64,000 bases of DNA from a bacterium (GCA_037144045.1 JBAWXN010000001.1:134744-198743); one strand, 5' to 3'; positions 9,392-18,668 are shown, counted from the stretch's first letter. Program-made: numbers and translations. The notes: a model not told the origin generated them from the sequence alone.

Positions 9392-9427
9392 TTGTTTCTC
9401 AACAAATTTCCTATATAATCTGTTGAG
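9392..9427 (+). promoter_or_regulatory. Putative dnaJ promoter with an overlapping inverted-repeat operator
   Basis: TTGTTT (9392-9397), 16 nt, TATAAT (9414-9419). The 7-bp inverted repeat CTCAACA (9398-9404) / TGTTGAG (9421-9427) brackets the -10. Confidence 0.4.
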
Positions 9428-9454
9428 TATACAGGGCTAAAAACCCGTTCTCTT

Positions 9455-10534
9455 ATGTCAAAAGATTTTTATAAAATTTTAGGAGTCGAGAAAAACGCCA
9501 GTGAGGCGGATATTAAGGTTGCCTTTAGAAAACTTGCTCATCAACATCATCCCGATAAAAACAAAGGTGATGATAAGAAGTTCAAGGAAATTAATGAGGC
9601 ATATCAAACTCTTTCTGATAAAACAAAACGTGCACAATATGATCAGTTTGGTAGCAGTGGTCCACAGTTTGGTGGTGGCGGAAACCCGTTCGGAGGTGCC
9701 GGAGGCAATCCTTTTGAAGGATTTGATTTTTCACAATTCCAGCAAGGTGCTGGTGGCTTTGAATTTGACCTCGGTGATTTGTTTGGTGGTGGCTTCGGTG
9801 GAGGTCGTGGACGACCTCGGAAAGGAAATGACTTAGAAACAAGTATTAAAATTACTTTTAAAGAATCAGTATTTGGTGTGGAGAAAAAAGTAGCTCTTAC
9901 AAAAAACAATACGTGTGCAACCTGTCATGGAAATGGTGCAAAGCCAGGTACTTCACTGCATACTTGTAAAACCTGTAATGGACAAGGACGTGTTACACGG
10001 GTACAGCGAACTATTTTAGGAAACATGCAAACTGCAATAGAATGTGACGTATGTTTCGGAACGGGCAAGGTTCCTGAAACTAAATGTGATACGTGTCGCG
10101 GTGCGGGAATCGTACGAGGCAAAGAAGAACTCACTATTCATATTCCAGAAGGAATTAATAATGGTGACACGTTACGTATGGACGGTGCAGGGGAGGCAAT
10201 GCCTGGAGTAAAATCAGGTGATTTATATATTCACATTCAGGTAGAATCACATGCGACATTCAAACGTATGGGAAATGATCTAATAATGCCTCTTGAAATT
10301 AAATTAGTAGATGCGCTCCTTGGGAAAAATATCGAAATTGAAACACTGGACGGCAAGGAAATCCTTGAAGTTCCCGAGGGGACTGCAACAGGGGATCAGT
10401 TAAAAATTCGCCACAAGGGAATTCCTCATGGGCGTTCTCGAGGTGATATTATTGTAGGTATTAAAGTGACAATTCCTAAGCGACTTTCTAAAAAAGCAAA
10501 AGAACTTATTGAAGTATTGAAACTGGAGCTGTAG
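9455..10534 (+). CDS. dnaJ: Chaperone DnaJ (Hsp40, type I)
   Basis: J domain with HPD (HQHHPDKNKG), a G/F-rich linker, four CxxCxGxG zinc-finger repeats and a C-terminal domain. Confidence 0.95.
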   Translation: MSKDFYKILGVEKNASEADIKVAFRKLAHQHHPDKNKGDDKKFKEINEAYQTLSDKTKRAQYDQFGSSGPQFGGGGNPFGGAGGNPFEGFDFSQFQQGAGGFEFDLGDLFGGGFGGGRGRPRKGNDLETSIKITFKESVFGVEKKVALTKNNTCATCHGNGAKPGTSLHTCKTCNGQGRVTRVQRTILGNMQTAIECDVCFGTGKVPETKCDTCRGAGIVRGKEELTIHIPEGINNGDTLRMDGAGEAMPGVKSGDLYIHIQVESHATFKRMGNDLIMPLEIKLVDALLGKNIEIETLDGKEILEVPEGTATGDQLKIRHKGIPHGRSRGDIIVGIKVTIPKRLSKKAKELIEVLKLEL

Positions 10535-10549
10535 TTTGACTAACTGTTT

Positions 10550-10816
10550 TTGTGTGTTATACTCATAAAAACAGGGCCAATGATTCCAGGATCGATTCTC
10601 GCAATTATATTTATCTTGTTTTGCTTGTTCCTCTTTGTGTCGTATTTCTTCTATTTATATTTTCGAGGCCATAAACACGCTTGGGGAATTACTCAGAAGC
10701 GATGGAGTATTTTTATTTTCTTGATTAAGAATATTCGGACCATGCTGAAAAAGTTTAGTAATGTACTCGTTCATGAATTCGAACAGCAAAACAAAAAAAG
10801 ACCGCCCGATGGGTAG
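10550..10816 (+). CDS. Hypothetical small membrane protein (doubtful)
   Basis: 88-aa ORF with one or two hydrophobic segments. Its 3' end runs into the terminator hairpin, so it may be spurious. Confidence 0.25.
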   Translation: MCVILIKTGPMIPGSILAIIFILFCLFLFVSYFFYLYFRGHKHAWGITQKRWSIFIFLIKNIRTMLKKFSNVLVHEFEQQNKKRPPDG

Positions 10817-10826
10817 GTCTTTTTTT
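10793..10826. terminator. Bidirectional terminator (dnaJ side + / cysS -)
   Basis: AAAAAAGACC gcccgatgggta GGTCTTTTTTT. Confidence 0.7.
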
Positions 10827-10831
10827 ATTGG

Positions 10832-12247
10832 TTATTTTTTCGTAACCTGTTGTTCAACACCGTTGTCTTTTACTATAAACCCGAGGGATTCAATTTCATT
10901 ACGGATCTCATCAGATCGGGTGAAATTTTTATCAGCACGAGCTTGTGATCGTTCTGCAAGAAGCCTCACAACCGTATCAGGAATTTCTATAGTTTCTGGT
11001 TGAGCAAGATCGAGTCCAAGAATACGATCAAAATCAAGAATAGTTGCTTTTTTATCCGCATCGGACACATCATTTTTTTTCAAAAGCTCCCAAACCGTTG
11101 CCAGTCCACTTGCGGTATTAAGGTCATCATTCATGATTTCTTTAAAAAGAGTTTGGTATGATTCTGAGACTGTCCCACCATTGGGAAACTGTTGAATAGT
11201 CGTTCGCAATTTACGGAGCGCAGTTTGCGAAGCAGTAAGCGCGTCCCACGTAAAGTTTTGCTTTGATCGATAATGTGCCTGAAGGAAGAAATAGCGCAAT
11301 GCGAGAGGTTCAAATCCATGGTCAATAATGTCGGACATGAGGTATGAGGTTCCTTCAGATTTCGCCATTTTTTTACCGTCCACCATTAAGTGTTCGTTGT
11401 GCAACCAATAGTTTACGAAGTGTTTATGGTTTGCACAGGTTGATTGTGCAATTTCATTCGTGTGATGAATAGGAATGTGTTCAATACCTCCAAGGTGAAT
11501 ATCGAATGTTTCACCAAGGAAGTGTTTACTCATCGCAGAACATTCAATATGCCATCCAGGAAATCCACGACCGTTTTCTACGAGTGGTGACATAAAAGGT
11601 GATTCCCAAGTCTGAAGCGCATTTGCGTGAGCTCCAACTTTGAAAAACCAAAGGGCAAAATCGTGAGGATTTTTTTTACTGGTATCTACAGCATCACCGT
11701 GACCTGTACCGGTTTCTTGTAGATCAAGCTTTTGACCTGAAAGTTTCGTATAGTCAGGATACTTTGAAACATCGAAATATACTGCTGAATCGGTAGTATA
11801 AGCAAATCCATCATCAAGGAGCTGAACGACCATTGCGATCATGTCGTTAATGTGTTCGGTTGCTTTAGGTGTGTTGGTAGGTGGTAACGTATTGAGTGAT
11901 GCGATATCGCGATTGTAGAGTTCGATGTATTTATTCGCAATTTCATCAGGTGATAATTGTTCGCGCTGTACGGCTTTTGTCATACGGTCAATTCCAGTGT
12001 CTGCATCCCCAATATTGTCACCGGTGAGGTGACCGACATCGGTGTAGTTACGCACCAAGGTAACTTTGTAATTATTGTATTCAAACGTGCGACGCAAAAA
12101 ATCCGCAATTACTACTGCGCGCATATTTCCAATATGTTGATTCCAGTACACGGTTGGTCCACAGTGATACATGCCTACAACACCTTCAGTGATAGGGGTA
12201 AAGAGTTCTTTTTCGTGGGAAAAGGTGTTGGTCAAGTAGATATTCAT
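10832..12247 (-). CDS. cysS: Cysteinyl-tRNA synthetase
   Basis: Class I HIGH motif (CGPTVYWNQHIGN) and KMSKS (KMAKSEG). The length fits CysRS and there is a CysRS-type anticodon-binding C-terminus. Confidence 0.93.
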   Translation of the reverse strand: MNIYLTNTFSHEKELFTPITEGVVGMYHCGPTVYWNQHIGNMRAVVIADFLRRTFEYNNYKVTLVRNYTDVGHLTGDNIGDADTGIDRMTKAVQREQLSPDEIANKYIELYNRDIASLNTLPPTNTPKATEHINDMIAMVVQLLDDGFAYTTDSAVYFDVSKYPDYTKLSGQKLDLQETGTGHGDAVDTSKKNPHDFALWFFKVGAHANALQTWESPFMSPLVENGRGFPGWHIECSAMSKHFLGETFDIHLGGIEHIPIHHTNEIAQSTCANHKHFVNYWLHNEHLMVDGKKMAKSEGTSYLMSDIIDHGFEPLALRYFFLQAHYRSKQNFTWDALTASQTALRKLRTTIQQFPNGGTVSESYQTLFKEIMNDDLNTASGLATVWELLKKNDVSDADKKATILDFDRILGLDLAQPETIEIPDTVVRLLAERSQARADKNFTRSDEIRNEIESLGFIVKDNGVEQQVTKK

Positions 12248-12274
12248 ACGAATGACTATACCAAAAAAGCGGAC

Positions 12275-13180
12275 CTAAATCCACTTTTTATAACGGAAGT
12301 ATACCTGCATGCCAATGAATAATACTATGAGTATTCCAATTGTTATCCAGAATCCATGATTACTTTTGAATAATTCCGGCGCGTTATGCGCAAATAATAC
12401 GGTTGCGACCAAGGTGAGCGGGAATGTAACGAATGCCATCAGGGTGAGTTTCTTGGTAACTTCGTTATTTTTTGCCGTAAGTAATGAATCGTTAGTTTCG
12501 CGAAGTTCTTTCAAGTGTTCGCGGATATTTTCCGAAGCGTTTTCTACGCGTATGTATTCGCGATAGAAATGTTCTTCATCTAACACAAGATGAGGGAATA
12601 GGTGTGGTGCTTGAGCATGAAGCGCTTTAAGGATTGTTTTATGAGAACGGAGCGCTTGGCGAAAATCAAGGAGCTTGCGGCCCAGGCGTGAAATTTCATG
12701 AACCATTTTAAACTCATTTCCTAAAAATATTTCAGATTCAATCTTTGTACCTTCTCGGCGTAATGGTTCAAGTTCTTCGCGTAATCCTCGGTAGAGTCTA
12801 TTGTTGAGCTCAAGAAATAATTCAATACCCGTAGTAATTTGCTCACGTCCTAGAGTAGTGTCTACCTCAAATTGTTTGAATAGTTCCAAGAAGGTATCTA
12901 TAGGGGTGTAGTGCGCAGTAATAATAAACTTATCGCCTACAATATAATCCACTTCTATGTCGCGGGTTTCGAGAGAAAGAGAAGGGTGATCAGGATAGTG
13001 AAGTACTGCGTAGAATGTATTGGTAGTAGTGTCGGTTTTAGCTCGTTCTGTAGGTGTCAACAGATCTTTTGCCCATGACGGGTCGATGTGGAAATCCTTA
13101 ATAATAGTTGTTATGTCTTCTGAAGTAGGGTCTTCGATATCGATCCAGGTGAGTTTTTTGTGATGAAATTGGGTGATCAT
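12275..13180 (-). CDS. CorA-like divalent cation transporter with a non-canonical pore motif
   Basis: About 240-aa soluble N-terminal domain plus two C-terminal TM helices. FPLTLVATVLFAHNAPEL aligns with the CorA FxPLTxxxGxYGMNFxxMPEL region, but with AHN in place of GMN. Confidence 0.55.
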   Translation of the reverse strand: MITQFHHKKLTWIDIEDPTSEDITTIIKDFHIDPSWAKDLLTPTERAKTDTTTNTFYAVLHYPDHPSLSLETRDIEVDYIVGDKFIITAHYTPIDTFLELFKQFEVDTTLGREQITTGIELFLELNNRLYRGLREELEPLRREGTKIESEIFLGNEFKMVHEISRLGRKLLDFRQALRSHKTILKALHAQAPHLFPHLVLDEEHFYREYIRVENASENIREHLKELRETNDSLLTAKNNEVTKKLTLMAFVTFPLTLVATVLFAHNAPELFKSNHGFWITIGILIVLFIGMQVYFRYKKWI

Positions 13181-13218
13181 GGTTCTAGTATACCGACCCT
13201 TGCGTTTTTCTGCAATTC

Positions 13219-13596
13219 ATGTATACTATCGCAACTATGGCAACAGCTAAAAAAACTACTAAAAAGGCAGCTTCAACAGGAACATTTGCAGTAATTGCAA
13301 CTGGTGGTAAGCAATACTTGGTAAAATCAGGAGACATTATTTCAGTTGAAAAGCTCGAAGGAACTTTTGCAGCAGGGGATACTATTTCTTTTGATCAAGT
13401 ACTCCTCAAGGATGACGGTTCAACAACCGTGCTTGGGACTCCAACCATTAAAGGCGCAACCGTAACTGCTGAATTTGTCGAAGCAGGACGAGGTAAAAAA
13501 ATTGACGTTATTCAATACAAGCAAAAGTCACGTTATTTCAAGAAGAATGGTCATCGCCAGCCTTTCATGAAGTTCAAGATTTCTGATATTAAATAG
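13219..13596 (+). CDS. rplU: 50S ribosomal protein L21
   Basis: FAVIATGGKQYLVKSGDIISVEKL and C-terminal KQKSRYFKKNGHRQPFMKFKI match the L21 family. The N-terminus is a basic extension, and an alternative start exists at 13237. Confidence 0.85.
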   Translation: MYTIATMATAKKTTKKAASTGTFAVIATGGKQYLVKSGDIISVEKLEGTFAAGDTISFDQVLLKDDGSTTVLGTPTIKGATVTAEFVEAGRGKKIDVIQYKQKSRYFKKNGHRQPFMKFKISDIK

Positions 13597-13604
13597 TCAC
13601 TAAA

Positions 13605-13630
13605 ACAACCGGGAAACCGGTTTTTTAGTA
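13605..13630 (+). terminator. Rho-independent terminator after rplU
   Basis: AAAACAACCGGGAAACCGGTTTTTTA. Confidence 0.7.
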
Positions 13631-13730
13631 CTTATGAATAGCAATAATAATTGATTGACATCGGTATGCATATGTAGTATTGTAGTAAAGGAATTTATTT
13701 CTTCACAACCACATATTAAATAGTTTTACC

Positions 13731-14690
13731 ATGAAAGAAAAAACGCACCAACCAGGAACTGGTGACTCAGAAAAACCTGCATTAATAACGGACTTAACCA
13801 ATCTCGCATTGGCCGGGCCTATGGGATTATCATTCCCAAAAGAAGTAGGAATTAAGCAGTTCGATGATCTGAAAGTCGTACTTCCATTATTTACTCAGCT
13901 CGCAGCAGCGGCTCAAAAGCGCAAGCTTTCATTAGATGATATTGCCGGAGCTCTTGGAGTTCAGGGATCAACTACTGTACAAGGTCGCACGTTCTATTCA
14001 CCCGAACAGTCTGATGTGGTAAAAAACATATCAATTGCTTTTGAGTTGGAACAGGATGAGGCAGAACGTAACCGATTATGGAAATTACTTGATTTTGCGT
14101 TAAAGTATGAAATTCTCATACCAGAAACTGAGTCAATTAATACTGTCATTTACGAATTGTTTTCTATCGAACCTGATGTGGTTCGTAAGGCATTCATGAA
14201 AAAATTTGGCTTTGCCAAACCAGCTGAAGACCCTGTAAATAAATCACAGGCGTACGGTATTTGGGATGAAGAAGTTGCAGGACAACTTGCATCTATTTTG
14301 TCACAATTACCGAAAGAAGATGTTACTGATATTTTAAAAGCATTTAACCCGGCTGTGTTGTATTTACTTACTTCATTTGAGGTAAGTGCGTATGTGGGAA
14401 TTGAGGTAGAACGACGCACTGAAATCATGTGCGCACTTCATTACCATGACTTGATTCCAGCGGAATGTCCGTTGTTTCAATTCATTCAGGAAAATGCTCA
14501 TGAAGTATTTGAACATGTAAAGACAAATTTTCTTAATTCCGATTTTACAACGAGCCGACATCAAATACATGAAGAAGCTGATCGTTTGTATGGAGAAAAA
14601 ATGGTGCGATATACCGAGCAACCACCAACAGACGAAGAGGTCCTTGAAGACCTCGTTGATCAAATCGACAAAACCAACACTAATGGGTGA
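13731..14690 (+). CDS. Hypothetical acidic protein (319 aa), first gene of a coupled pair
   Basis: Clean ORF with no signal peptide, TM helix or known motif. A possible promoter (TTGACA, 17 nt, TATTGT) lies at about 13665-13700. Its stop overlaps the start of the next gene. Confidence 0.5.
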   Translation: MKEKTHQPGTGDSEKPALITDLTNLALAGPMGLSFPKEVGIKQFDDLKVVLPLFTQLAAAAQKRKLSLDDIAGALGVQGSTTVQGRTFYSPEQSDVVKNISIAFELEQDEAERNRLWKLLDFALKYEILIPETESINTVIYELFSIEPDVVRKAFMKKFGFAKPAEDPVNKSQAYGIWDEEVAGQLASILSQLPKEDVTDILKAFNPAVLYLLTSFEVSAYVGIEVERRTEIMCALHYHDLIPAECPLFQFIQENAHEVFEHVKTNFLNSDFTTSRHQIHEEADRLYGEKMVRYTEQPPTDEEVLEDLVDQIDKTNTNG

Positions 14691-16557
14691 AAAGAAACGC
14701 AAGGCAAAACCCGCCAACGAAGGAGATCTTCCGTTGGCGGTTAAACGCCAGTCGAAACGGCCAAGTATTTTAAAGAAAACCCACTACAGAAGAAAGACTT
14801 TTGATGAAGGGACTAGCTTGGCTCAACTCGAAGAAAACAGTAAGCGATATGCGATACCTGAGAAAATTATTCGCCTGTGTAGTGAAATTGCTAAACGACA
14901 ATACGTTAATCACAATTTCAAACGGGAAAACCTGGAATGGATCCAGGAACAGGTGTTACGTATTGCAATACTGCTTACGGGTTGTCTTGAACGACAACTT
15001 ATTACTGATGCTGATATCGACAAAGCAGCGACCCCTGATAATGTGTTTCAGCTGCTTAAAAAAGCACTCGGAATTGAACAGTATCAGGTCATGATTGATA
15101 ACAGTACCCTTAAACAGAGAGTGCTTAAGCTGGCACAAGAAAGTACTAATTGGGCTGCAATTTCAGAATTTCGTTATCGAGTATTTATCCCGGCAACAAC
15201 ACCGCAACCTTGTTTGGCGTATCTTGATAAATATCAGGCTGCGATCAAAAGTTTAAAATATCGAGTGCGTTTGTTCGAAATCGTTGAAGATAATGTTCCA
15301 AAAAAAGATCGAGAACATTTCATCGGAATAAAAAATGGTTTTGGAGATAATAAAAAAACACTTTATTATTCTTTACAGGCAATCATTGGTAATTTAGTGT
15401 TGCTTACGTATTTTCAAGCTCGTACCGAGAAAAAAACAGTTGATGACTTTATTGAATTAAAGGATTACTGCAGAAGTAACTTTGAAGAGTTTAAAGCGCG
15501 CTTTCGCGAAACGCTTCATAGCATTATAAAGCCAGAAGCATTCGCTGATGGTATCCTTGCACTCCCTGAGGTGGTTACTAGTTTAAAAAAACTTGAAGAC
15601 CGTGCCAAAAATGGTACTGTCAACAATTTCTTATCTTTCTTCGGTGCTGATCCTGAAATTAGAAAGCTTAACTATAAGCTCAGTAAGGTGGTCATTGAAG
15701 TAGGAAGATGGTGCTATCTACGTAAAGTGCAAGAACTGTCGAGTAATCCTGTTGATTTTGTTTCCCCGTCACTTGCTAAAGCAGCAAACGACGAGTACTT
15801 AGAATTCTTGGATGAATATCCTTGGTTTGCAAAGTTCTTGTCCAAGCTAGAAATAGTAAGGTATTTGATTGCAGAAACCGATGATCAGCGAAAAGCAACT
15901 ATCCGTGGCTTTGTAAATCAGGAACGATTGGGTGAAGCACAGCAGTTGCTTGAAAAACAGGTAACCATTGGTGTCATGTTGAAACACTTTTTAGCGAGTA
16001 ATAGTGACCAACAGGAATCGATCGAAATCAGCGAGCTTATTGCAGAACTGTCACGCAAGAATTTGGGTCGATTAGCGAAAGACCGCCATGTCCGTAGAGC
16101 GCAATTATACATTGATCGACTGCTTACCAAATGGAGTGACACGACTATCATTGATGCAATTCTCGACTTTGAATTACCTGACTATGTGGTGCAGTTGTTT
16201 CCTGTAAGTTACCAGCATTACTTATGGTATTTATATCAATTTAATCTGCTGGGGCGTACTGATTGGAAGCCACCGTTTCCGTATCCTCAAGGAGTACTCG
16301 AACATGTTACTCCTACGGATGTTGACCGCTATGTTAAGAGTCGGGACGACCATAAAAAAATGCGTGAAATGAAAAAAGAAGCAGAGAACAACATTTCAGG
16401 TAGTTCGAAAAAAGATACCGTAACAATTACTGAAGAATCGGATAATGGCGAAGAGTTTAATGATTTTGAAACCATTGAAACGGAAGTTGTAGACGATATG
16501 AGAACTCCAGGTTCAGACGATGCTGATGAGGAGGAAATCCTTAATGGTAAAATATAA
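14683..16557 (+). CDS. Hypothetical large protein (624 aa) with a basic N-terminus and a strongly acidic C-terminal tail
   Basis: Start ATG at 14683 lies inside ATGGGTGA, overlapping the upstream stop by 8 nt. The ORF track starts earlier at 14569, in overlap. No recognisable domain. The C-terminus reads EESDNGEEFNDFETIETEVVDDMRTPGSDDADEEE. Confidence 0.5.
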   Translation: MGEKKRKAKPANEGDLPLAVKRQSKRPSILKKTHYRRKTFDEGTSLAQLEENSKRYAIPEKIIRLCSEIAKRQYVNHNFKRENLEWIQEQVLRIAILLTGCLERQLITDADIDKAATPDNVFQLLKKALGIEQYQVMIDNSTLKQRVLKLAQESTNWAAISEFRYRVFIPATTPQPCLAYLDKYQAAIKSLKYRVRLFEIVEDNVPKKDREHFIGIKNGFGDNKKTLYYSLQAIIGNLVLLTYFQARTEKKTVDDFIELKDYCRSNFEEFKARFRETLHSIIKPEAFADGILALPEVVTSLKKLEDRAKNGTVNNFLSFFGADPEIRKLNYKLSKVVIEVGRWCYLRKVQELSSNPVDFVSPSLAKAANDEYLEFLDEYPWFAKFLSKLEIVRYLIAETDDQRKATIRGFVNQERLGEAQQLLEKQVTIGVMLKHFLASNSDQQESIEISELIAELSRKNLGRLAKDRHVRRAQLYIDRLLTKWSDTTIIDAILDFELPDYVVQLFPVSYQHYLWYLYQFNLLGRTDWKPPFPYPQGVLEHVTPTDVDRYVKSRDDHKKMREMKKEAENNISGSSKKDTVTITEESDNGEEFNDFETIETEVVDDMRTPGSDDADEEEILNGKI

Positions 16558-16580
16558 TAATTATACGCAATAGTATTGCG

Positions 16581-16610
16581 AAACCCTTTGGTATCACCAA
16601 AGGGTTTTTT
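16581..16610 (+). terminator. Rho-independent terminator
   Basis: AAACCCTTTGGTATCACCAAAGGGTTTTTT (9-bp stem). Confidence 0.8.
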
Positions 16611-16658
16611 ATTTACAAAATATATTTTTAATGGTATGGTAATCAAAAATCACGACAA

Positions 16659-17144
16659 ATGAAGAAAGTATTTATTATGGTAACATTCTTGGCACTCTGT
16701 GTCGGATGTGGAAAAGAAAATATTTTATGGCTCGAACCGGGTCATGAGTATGAAATTACTAATATTCTAAACAGGAATCAAAACGGTACCTGGGATGAAC
16801 CCTACAAAAGTGTTGGGCAAAACGGAGTACGGTACACCTTTACCAAATTTCATCCATTAGGATTAAGTGGTGATGGTGAGGTAACAATTGTACGAGGTAA
16901 TGCATTTGGTTCACAAACCGAGACGTATCATTTTACCTGGGACAAGGAAAGTCAAAGGAAAATTTCGTTGAAGTTTTCGCGCTACGATCCGATTATTCAG
17001 GGGCAAAATCCAAATCAAGTCTCATTTTTCGAAACTTTAAATGGTGACTATATTGTCGCGAAAGATTCCCGTTTGAAAGGACAGTTGGTTGCACATACTA
17101 TCGTGCTCCGTAACGATTACCATGAAATAATTTTGCGGCAGTAA
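16659..17144 (+). CDS. Putative lipoprotein
   Basis: Signal peptide with lipobox (FLALCVGCG). 161 aa, no other motif. Confidence 0.5.
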   Translation: MKKVFIMVTFLALCVGCGKENILWLEPGHEYEITNILNRNQNGTWDEPYKSVGQNGVRYTFTKFHPLGLSGDGEVTIVRGNAFGSQTETYHFTWDKESQRKISLKFSRYDPIIQGQNPNQVSFFETLNGDYIVAKDSRLKGQLVAHTIVLRNDYHEIILRQ

Positions 17145-17167
17145 TTGAAACGAGTATTTATTGATAG

Positions 17168-17191
17168 AGCAAGCGAAAGCTTGCTTTTTTT
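17168..17191 (+). terminator. Rho-independent terminator
   Basis: AGCAAGCGAAAGCTTGCTTTTTTTG. Confidence 0.75.
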
Positions 17192-17258
17192 GTTATTCAT
17201 AAAGTTGTGAAACGGGGAATAGGCAACGTTACACGGTTATCCACAGAAATGGCAACGA

Positions 17259-17314
17259 TTGGGTTATTGTGTTACACAGTGGGATGATGTACAATACAAG
17301 TGGGATGAAGTGGG
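17259..17314 (+). promoter_or_regulatory. MraZ operator-like direct repeat array overlapping the mraZ promoter
   Basis: TTGGG (17259), GTGGG (17279), GTGGG (17300) and GTGGG (17310) at 20/21/10-bp spacing. A candidate -10 TACAAT at 17289-17294 lies inside the array. Confidence 0.5.
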
Positions 17315-17336
17315 AAACTGCTAAATCCTTACAATT

Positions 17337-17771
17337 ATGCTTATTGGTGAATATCGACATACGATGGACGATAAAAATCGTCTCTCACTTCCAGCGAAAT
17401 TTCGCAAAGAAATGGGAAAAAAAATAATCATCACGCGAGGTCTCGATCGGTGTCTATTTGTGTATCCAATAAGCGAATGGAAAAAGTTTTCACAACAATT
17501 AGCAAACCTTTCAATTGGTTCTGCAGAAGGTCGTGGGTTTTCTCGAGCGATGCTTGGGGGTGCTACCGAAATTGATGTAGATAGTAGTGGACGCGTGCTC
17601 GTCCCTGACCACTTGAAGAGTTACGCAAGTTTAGCTACGAAAGTAGTAGTTGCTGGAATTCATAATCGTATTGAATTATGGAATGAAGAAGCGTGGAATA
17701 ACTACACCAATGGTGTAGAGAAAGAAGCTAATGTCCTTGCTCAAAAATTAGCAGATATTGGAATGATTTAA
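17337..17771 (+). CDS. mraZ: Transcriptional regulator MraZ
   Basis: MLIGEYRHTMDDKNRLSLPAKFR and a duplicated MraZ/SpoVT-AbrB fold, 144 aa. Confidence 0.9.
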   Translation: MLIGEYRHTMDDKNRLSLPAKFRKEMGKKIIITRGLDRCLFVYPISEWKKFSQQLANLSIGSAEGRGFSRAMLGGATEIDVDSSGRVLVPDHLKSYASLATKVVVAGIHNRIELWNEEAWNNYTNGVEKEANVLAQKLADIGMI

Positions 17772-17774
17772 TAT

Positions 17775-18662
17775 ATGCACATTCCAGTTTTATTTAAGGA
17801 ATCAATAGACGCACTTCATATTAAACGAGATGGCATTTACGTAGACGGAACATTAGGGGGTGCGGGACACGCAGCGGCCATTACAGAGCATTTGGGCCCA
17901 GATGGAACATTGATTGGTTTCGATCTGGATTCACATGCTATTAAACGAGCAGCAGAAAAACTTGCAACAGCTACGTGCAAAATTATTCTCGTACAAGACA
18001 ACTTTCGCAATATTGCTCGAGTACTTGCAGAAAAAGGTATTGATCATGTTGATGGAATTTTCCTTGATCTCGGGTGGTCATCATTTCAAATAGCGGATGC
18101 TCAGCGCGGGTTGTCGTTTCAAGAAAACGGACCCTTGCAAATGACGCTCAATGATAAACCAACCAGTGAAGAAATCACGGCTTGGGATATCGTAAATACC
18201 TGGAACGAATCAACGATCGCTGACATGATTTATGCCTACGGTGATGAAGTTGCTTCACGCAAAATTGCACGGGCTATTGTGCAGGCACGTACACAAAAAA
18301 CAATCGAAACTACATTTGATTTAGTAGCAGTTATTCTATCGGTACTTCCTCGAAAGCCATGGATGCGTACTCATCCCGCAACAAAAACATTTCAAGCGCT
18401 GCGGATTGCAGTAAATGACGAATATGGGGCGGTTAAAGAAGTAATGGAAGCAGGATTTGAAGTACTTAAGCCGCAGGGATATTTTGCCATCATTACGTTC
18501 CATAGTGGTGAAGACCGTATTGTTAAAAATTATTTTCGTGACTTGTCACATGCAGCACAGGCACTCTTGATAACTAAAAAACCAATCACACCATCGGATC
18601 AGGAAATTGCTGATAATCCCAGGTCTCGTAGTGCACAGCTCCGCGTTATTCAAAAACATTAA
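17775..18662 (+). CDS. rsmH: 16S rRNA (cytosine1402-N4)-methyltransferase RsmH
   Basis: HIPVLFKESIDAL, the SAM-binding motif DGTLGGAGH, DLGWSSFQ and QALRIAVNDE. Confidence 0.93.
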   Translation: MHIPVLFKESIDALHIKRDGIYVDGTLGGAGHAAAITEHLGPDGTLIGFDLDSHAIKRAAEKLATATCKIILVQDNFRNIARVLAEKGIDHVDGIFLDLGWSSFQIADAQRGLSFQENGPLQMTLNDKPTSEEITAWDIVNTWNESTIADMIYAYGDEVASRKIARAIVQARTQKTIETTFDLVAVILSVLPRKPWMRTHPATKTFQALRIAVNDEYGAVKEVMEAGFEVLKPQGYFAIITFHSGEDRIVKNYFRDLSHAAQALLITKKPITPSDQEIADNPRSRSAQLRVIQKH

Positions 18663-18668
18663 TTAGCT

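Noticed and set aside
9643-9909. Pro-rich 88-aa ORF antisense to dnaJ
   Set aside because: It is the reverse translation of the DnaJ Gly/Phe-rich linker (GGC/GGT repeats read as Pro/Thr on the other strand).
1-10540. CIRCE/HrcA operator upstream of grpE, dnaK or dnaJ
   Set aside because: No TTAGCACTC-N9-GAGTGCTAA-like sequence was found in the dnaK (6005-6202) or dnaJ (9315-9454) upstream regions. The grpE upstream region is outside the window.
10550-10816. 88-aa membrane ORF between dnaJ and cysS as a real gene
   Set aside because: It is kept only at low confidence. It ends inside the bidirectional terminator hairpin and has an atypical composition. It may be a small membrane protein or noise.
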